Shown: positions 59,489 through 64,000 of the stretch, piece by piece
How positions within the stretch are numbered: position 1 is the stretch's first letter
Layout of the letters: every line of letters begins with the position of its first letter
Source of the DNA: a virus
Virus record (IMG/VR): IMGVR_UViG_3300010149_000001
Span: 1 to 64,000 of that record
Strand: one strand, 5' to 3'
DNA: 64,000 nt
The notes under the pieces: generated by a model
What the model saw: only the letters and a program-made list of their open reading frames with translations
Database searches by the model: none
Told to the model about the DNA's origin: nothing
Made by a program: the position numbers and the translations under genes

Positions 59489-59904
59489 TGAGCAATAGAC
59501 ACCCCCAGAGGAAGCGAAAACCATCCAAGAGGGATAAGACCCCCAAGACCAAGAAAGAACGCCCTGTGAAGCCTCTCAAGAAGCCTCTGACCTGTGGCAA
59601 GAAACACAGGACAGTCTGTGAGAAGCATGGTCGCCCATGTGTCATCGAAGTCGAGTGGCCTAAAGGCGACTCTCGCAACCGATACAAGAAGGAATTGATG
59701 AAACTTGGCGCACCAGAACACACGAAGGATTCTGAACACCGATGTGAACTCTGTTTCAAAGAGCGATTTGAAAACAGCCCGTATCAAGACTTGACTGTCG
59801 AGGGTCTGGAGGAACTCACAGTCGCACGAATGAGGCGAGGGCAGAACCAGATAACAAACTCTGGCGAGCCAACACCGTTAAAACCCCCAAACGACACCGA
59901 ATGA
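59488..59904 (+). CDS. Basic Cys/His-rich hypothetical protein
   Basis: 138 aa with K/R-rich N-terminus. Confidence 0.6.
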   Translation: MSNRHPQRKRKPSKRDKTPKTKKERPVKPLKKPLTCGKKHRTVCEKHGRPCVIEVEWPKGDSRNRYKKELMKLGAPEHTKDSEHRCELCFKERFENSPYQDLTVEGLEELTVARMRRGQNQITNSGEPTPLKPPNDTE

Positions 59905-59918
59905 GTTAAGGGATTCTC

Positions 59919-60317
59919 ATGGCTATACACTCATTCACAGGTCTTTCTGGAAAAATAACCGCTGGTGGAACTATCGTTGGATTCGTTTCTGGCGATTTCA
60001 CTATGGCTCAAGCGACAGGCAAATACATCGAACTTGGTTCAACAACAGGATTCAATCTCAGCCACACTCGTGGTGTCAAGACTGTCTCTGGAACTTTGAA
60101 GAAGGCTTGGGGTATCTCCGACTCCGACCTCTGGACTTGGTTCAGCACCAACGCTGAAAAGACAATCGAGTTTGACGCTGATGAACTTGGAACTAATACA
60201 TACATTATCTCTGGCTGTGTCTTGACTGACCTTGCTATCGAAGGACTTGAGGCTGGTGCTGAGGGTGCTTTGATGGTGAATGCTTCGTTTGAAGGATTGT
60301 CCTTTAACAGAGATTGA
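59919..60317 (+). CDS. Major tail tube protein
   Basis: 132-aa beta-rich protein upstream of chaperone and TMP; G.K.VSGT pattern. Confidence 0.75.
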   Translation: MAIHSFTGLSGKITAGGTIVGFVSGDFTMAQATGKYIELGSTTGFNLSHTRGVKTVSGTLKKAWGISDSDLWTWFSTNAEKTIEFDADELGTNTYIISGCVLTDLAIEGLEAGAEGALMVNASFEGLSFNRD

Positions 60318-60328
60318 GGTGATTTAGA

Positions 60329-60694
60329 TTGGCATCGTGGTTGGACTCAACATTGGAAGCGGCTTCTGCCGACATAGAAGTGGACATGACAGGCGTGGGA
60401 TTGATGGGCGCAGATGGCAAAGAAGTGCCGTCAATCATGTGCCGACCAATCTCAGCGGCAGAGTATCAGATTCTCAAATCAGACCCAGAACTCAAAGGTC
60501 TGACAGACTCAGACAAGCAAGAACTTCTTGGTCTCAAAATGACATACGAGATGCTCAAGAAGTGCGACGATTCTCTGACTTGGGGCAAGTTCAAGACTCT
60601 GCCTCTCATTCTCATAGGCGAGATTGCTCAACGAGTAGTCAAAGCGGCTGGTTCACCTTCACCAGACGGTGGTGGTGTTTTGGGGGAATTGTAA
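60329..60694 (+). CDS. Tail assembly chaperone (G-like)
   Basis: GAGGTGA SD with TTG start; slippery G GGG GAA before the stop. Confidence 0.8.
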   Translation: MASWLDSTLEAASADIEVDMTGVGLMGADGKEVPSIMCRPISAAEYQILKSDPELKGLTDSDKQELLGLKMTYEMLKKCDDSLTWGKFKTLPLILIGEIAQRVVKAAGSPSPDGGGVLGEL

Positions 60695-60876
60695 GGTATT
60701 CCCACACCTTAGAAGGCCAATTCTATTTTCAATTATTGAAAGAGTTCAGCATGACTCCACAGGAGTGGCGTGAACTCGACCCTCGTGATGCGGCATTCTT
60801 AGCCAATGCCTTTGGTTATTCCAACAAGGTTCAGCGTCAGCATTATCAACAAGCAAAGAGGAAAATGAAGAGGTGA
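60682..60876 (+). CDS. -1 frameshift extension of the tail chaperone (T-like)
   Basis: -1 frame is open from GGGGGAA to 60876; MTPQEWRELDPRD typical of T domains. Confidence 0.75.
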   Translation, partial: GGIVRYSHTLEGQFYFQLLKEFSMTPQEWRELDPRDAAFLANAFGYSNKVQRQHYQQAKRKMKR

Positions 60877-60880
60877 ACTC

Positions 60881-63178
60881 ATGGCTATCAAAGAAGAGTT
60901 CAAACTGTCAATGTTGGTCGAGGCCAATACTGACAGATTCAAGAAAGGAATGTCAGAAGTCAATCAAGGTCTGGCGGCTTCTGGTGGCAAAATGGGCAAG
61001 ATGGCTCGCATGGGCAAATTGGGTTTTGCCGCTATCGCCACAGCCGCTGTTGCCGCAGGTGCGGCCATTGGAATTGCTTTCATAATGAAGTCAATACAGA
61101 AGTTCGTTGAGTTTGAGGAAACTCTGTTCAGAATCGCCGCCATCTCTGGTGAAACAGGTCTGGCTGGAATTGACCCACTCAAGAACAAAATCATGGAACT
61201 TGGTGCGGCCACCAAGTCAACCACGACTCAAGTGGCTGAGGCGGCAGAGATTCTGACTCTTGCTGGCTTCTCAATGGAGGAAATGATTGGAGATGAGTCA
61301 TCTGGAACGCAAGGTGCGCTTGAGGCTCTGAACAATTTTGCGATAGCGGCTGGAACAGATTTGCCAAACGCCGCTGGAATCGCCATCGCCACGATGAAAG
61401 GTATGGGCAAAGAAGCATCTGAACTCAGAAACATCACAGATATTCTGCTCAATACGCAAGCAAAGACATTCACCACAGTCAACGACTTGGGCGAATCCAT
61501 GAAGTTCCTCGCACCAACGGCGAGAGCATCTGGAATTGCACTTGAAGAAGCGGCGGCGGCGGCAGGTATTCTGGGAGATGCAGGTCTGAAAGGTTCAATG
61601 GCTGGAACAGCCTTGCGTATGGCAATCACGAAACTGCTCAAGCCTTCTGACGATGCCAGAAAATTGATGGAGGATTTGGGACTTGACTTCTTCACATTGA
61701 CTCCAGCAGGTCAAGCGGCAAAGAGCGCACTCAGAGAAGTCAGTCGTGGCTTAGAAGCCAGCAAACTTGCGGCTGAATCCACCAATGCTCAATTGAAAAT
61801 ACTGAACTCAGAACTCAACGAGATGAGCATTGAGCAACAGACAAACAGTCTGGCGATAATGAAAATCAAGCGCAGAGCAGAGAAGGAGGGCAGGGAACTC
61901 AACAAGAGAGAACTTGACCAAATAAGCCGTCTGGAGGGTGCTAATGCAGACCTCAACATCACGATGGCTGAGAAGCGCATAACACAGCAACAAGTCAACA
62001 CAGAGGCTTCTAAGAACAACGAACTCGTGTCTGAACAATCAGCACTATTCTCAGACCTCAACAAACAGGTTGCTGGTCAGACAACAGGTATCACTTCTCT
62101 ATCCGATGTATTCCAACAATTGGGTGCGGCTGGTGCAACGACCAACCAGATGCTGGAGATATTCGGCATTCGTGGTGGAACAGCGGCGATGGCTATGTTG
62201 GCAAATGCCGATGCTCTGGATGAATTAACGGCTTCAAACTTTGCCGCACAGGATGGAATGGGGCGAACCTCAGAACAAATTGCTGTGATGGAACAATCTG
62301 GTGCATTCGCTCTGGCATCTCTGAACTCAAAGTTTGAATCATTCATGCTCATGGTCGGTGAGGTATTCACCCCGATATTGGTTGACAAGGTTATCCCAGC
62401 ACTCATCAAGTTCATTGACGAGGCTCTGATTCCAATGTTGCCAGCATTCCAAGCACTTGCTGAACAGATGGGAGATGTGTTGCCAGATTTGCTGGAGGCT
62501 CTTGTTCCATTATTCCTTGTTCTGGCTGAGGTGATTATCGCTCTCGCACCAATTCTGAAACTCACAGCGATGACAGTTCAATTGCTGATGTTTGTTCTCA
62601 AACCGTTCCTTGATTTGCTGGGCGGTATTGCAGAGATGCTGACCGCCATATTTGACCAAGATGCAGAGGCATTCGGTGAAGGTATGAAGCGAGCATTCGG
62701 TGGCCTTCTCAGAATCCTGTTCCCTGTCCTTCACGCTCTGGAGGGCATATTCGGATTCCTTGACAGCACAGGCAACAGCGTTGACGAAGCAACAGGCATG
62801 AACATCAGCGGTGCGGCCAAAGGTGCGGCTGTGGGTGCTGTGGTCGGCGGACCCGTTGGTGCGCTGGTTGGTGCTGGAATTGGAATGGCCTTCTTTGCAG
62901 AGGGTGGAATCGTCAACAGCCCAACATTGGGAATGGTCGGAGAAGCAGGTTCAGAAGCAATCATGCCGATTGACAAAATTGACGGCATCATGGCATCTGC
63001 TCTCCAACGAGCAGAAACGGGTGGAACAGGTGGCAACAAGACGACTCTCAACATATCGGGTGGAATATCCATTGGTGAGGGCAATAACCTCAATAAGCGA
63101 GATGTCCGTGATGCAGTTAGACAAGCGTTGTCAGATGTGGCTGGCATGAAGTCGAGTGGTGCGAGAGGCGTGATTTGA
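60881..63178 (+). CDS. Tape measure protein
   Basis: TP901-like TMP core (DLGESMKF.AP.A...LEE.AAA.GIL..AG.KGS.AGT.LR); FAEGGIV..PT..MVGEAG.EA.MP. Confidence 0.93.
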   Translation: MAIKEEFKLSMLVEANTDRFKKGMSEVNQGLAASGGKMGKMARMGKLGFAAIATAAVAAGAAIGIAFIMKSIQKFVEFEETLFRIAAISGETGLAGIDPLKNKIMELGAATKSTTTQVAEAAEILTLAGFSMEEMIGDESSGTQGALEALNNFAIAAGTDLPNAAGIAIATMKGMGKEASELRNITDILLNTQAKTFTTVNDLGESMKFLAPTARASGIALEEAAAAAGILGDAGLKGSMAGTALRMAITKLLKPSDDARKLMEDLGLDFFTLTPAGQAAKSALREVSRGLEASKLAAESTNAQLKILNSELNEMSIEQQTNSLAIMKIKRRAEKEGRELNKRELDQISRLEGANADLNITMAEKRITQQQVNTEASKNNELVSEQSALFSDLNKQVAGQTTGITSLSDVFQQLGAAGATTNQMLEIFGIRGGTAAMAMLANADALDELTASNFAAQDGMGRTSEQIAVMEQSGAFALASLNSKFESFMLMVGEVFTPILVDKVIPALIKFIDEALIPMLPAFQALAEQMGDVLPDLLEALVPLFLVLAEVIIALAPILKLTAMTVQLLMFVLKPFLDLLGGIAEMLTAIFDQDAEAFGEGMKRAFGGLLRILFPVLHALEGIFGFLDSTGNSVDEATGMNISGAAKGAAVGAVVGGPVGALVGAGIGMAFFAEGGIVNSPTLGMVGEAGSEAIMPIDKIDGIMASALQRAETGGTGGNKTTLNISGGISIGEGNNLNKRDVRDAVRQALSDVAGMKSSGARGVI

Positions 63179-63179
63179 T

Positions 63180-64000
63180 ATGGCAACATTCAAGCAAGAC
63201 ATCATCGCACCATTCTCACGCAGATTGAATGGTCTGTGCGAGATTCAGAAGTGGTTTCCAGCGTATATCAAGAATGATGGTGTCTATGGAATATCGGTTG
63301 ACCCTGTTCTATTCTCAACCACTTTCAATCCAAACCTCAAGGCTCTGACAGGCGACGGTCTTGATGACGAATCCAGAACTGCTGGAATCAGAGTCGAGAT
63401 GATAAATCACGATGGCTCAACACCATCTGGGACTCCAACCATCCAGATTCTTGGCTCTGGAACTCTCGACGCTCGATGTGTCATCACTTGGGAGGACAAC
63501 AGCAAGACTGAGTTCAGATTCGTCGCACCCAGCGGAGATGTCAAATTGGCAAATGTGTATGGGATGCAGAACCACGCTGGGGCTGGCGGTATGGAACAAG
63601 GGATTGACACCAGCCCAGACACTCCAACGATGAACTATTCAGCGGGCCCATATCCCGTTTTCATCACACTCCAAGAGTTCGCTTCGTGGCTCGATGGCAA
63701 CATCAACAGATTCGACAAAGCGTTTGTTGATGCGGCTGGACTTATTTTTTCTGACCAATCAACAAAGGATGCTTGGTTGCCATTTGGTTTAATCACACCA
63801 ACCACATCGTCAAATCCAGAGGCTCACCTCGACCCCCGTATTGACTCCAATAACAACGACCCAATTCCTTACCAGAGCAAAATGTGTGCCACACTCTGGA
63901 TGCCGATGTTGTATGACAACAATCAGATGGAAAAAACGCAAGGCTCTGGGACAAGCAACGACATCGTGCAAGGTGCTTGGGATGGTTCTGCGGCTGAGGA
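63180..64000 (+). CDS. Partial tail-tip/baseplate protein
   Basis: ATG 63180 immediately after the TMP stop; frame appears open to the window end (absent from ORF track because truncated). Confidence 0.65.
   Translation, partial: MATFKQDIIAPFSRRLNGLCEIQKWFPAYIKNDGVYGISVDPVLFSTTFNPNLKALTGDGLDDESRTAGIRVEMINHDGSTPSGTPTIQILGSGTLDARCVITWEDNSKTEFRFVAPSGDVKLANVYGMQNHAGAGGMEQGIDTSPDTPTMNYSAGPYPVFITLQEFASWLDGNINRFDKAFVDAAGLIFSDQSTKDAWLPFGLITPTTSSNPEAHLDPRIDSNNNDPIPYQSKMCATLWMPMLYDNNQMEKTQGSGTSNDIVQGAWDGSAAE

Larger units (their letters stand above)
2670..63852. repeat. Dispersed 14-bp palindrome TATYGRNNYCRATA (at least 28 copies)
   Basis: Exact matches located by eye; coordinates listed in findings. 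Confidence 0.9.

Noticed and set aside
2670-63852. Dispersed palindrome as a CRISPR, REP or MITE repeat
   Set aside because: Only 14 bp, irregularly spaced, mostly intragenic, with no conserved flanks

Overview
A 64-kb stretch of a tailed archaeal dsDNA virus genome (Caudoviricetes, siphovirus-like tail). The host is most likely a marine euryarchaeote such as Poseidoniales/MGII, i.e. a magrovirus-like virus; this is inferred from the archaeal-type replisome, TATA/leaderless promoters and a GCTDxxAxNYD repeat protein. Left to right: early/accessory genes, a replication-recombination module (helicase-like ATPase, OB-fold SSB, RecA/Sak4-like ATPase, Cas4-like nuclease, PCNA-like clamp, fused PriS-PriL primase, ERCC4 nuclease, RFC-S and RFC-L, PolB), a MoxR/CobS AAA+ and vWA pair, a DNA methyltransferase, a collagen-repeat fibre, TerS/TerL, portal-MuF fusion, prohead protease with nested scaffold, HK97 capsid, neck, tail tube, frameshifted tail chaperone and tape measure. 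The genes do not explain three non-coding layers. (1) A 14-bp palindrome TATYGRNNYCRATA occurs at least 28 times across the window, in genes and intergenic DNA, against about 0.06 expected by chance. (2) Three promoter-driven, ORF-less structured RNAs are predicted; two are pseudoknotted and two share 3' motifs. (3) Three sequence-distinct promoter classes exist, one of which heads cassette-like genes inserted antisense into the virion module. All motif counts were made by eye and many start codons were re-assigned from promoter spacing. No tRNA, rRNA or CRISPR array was seen.
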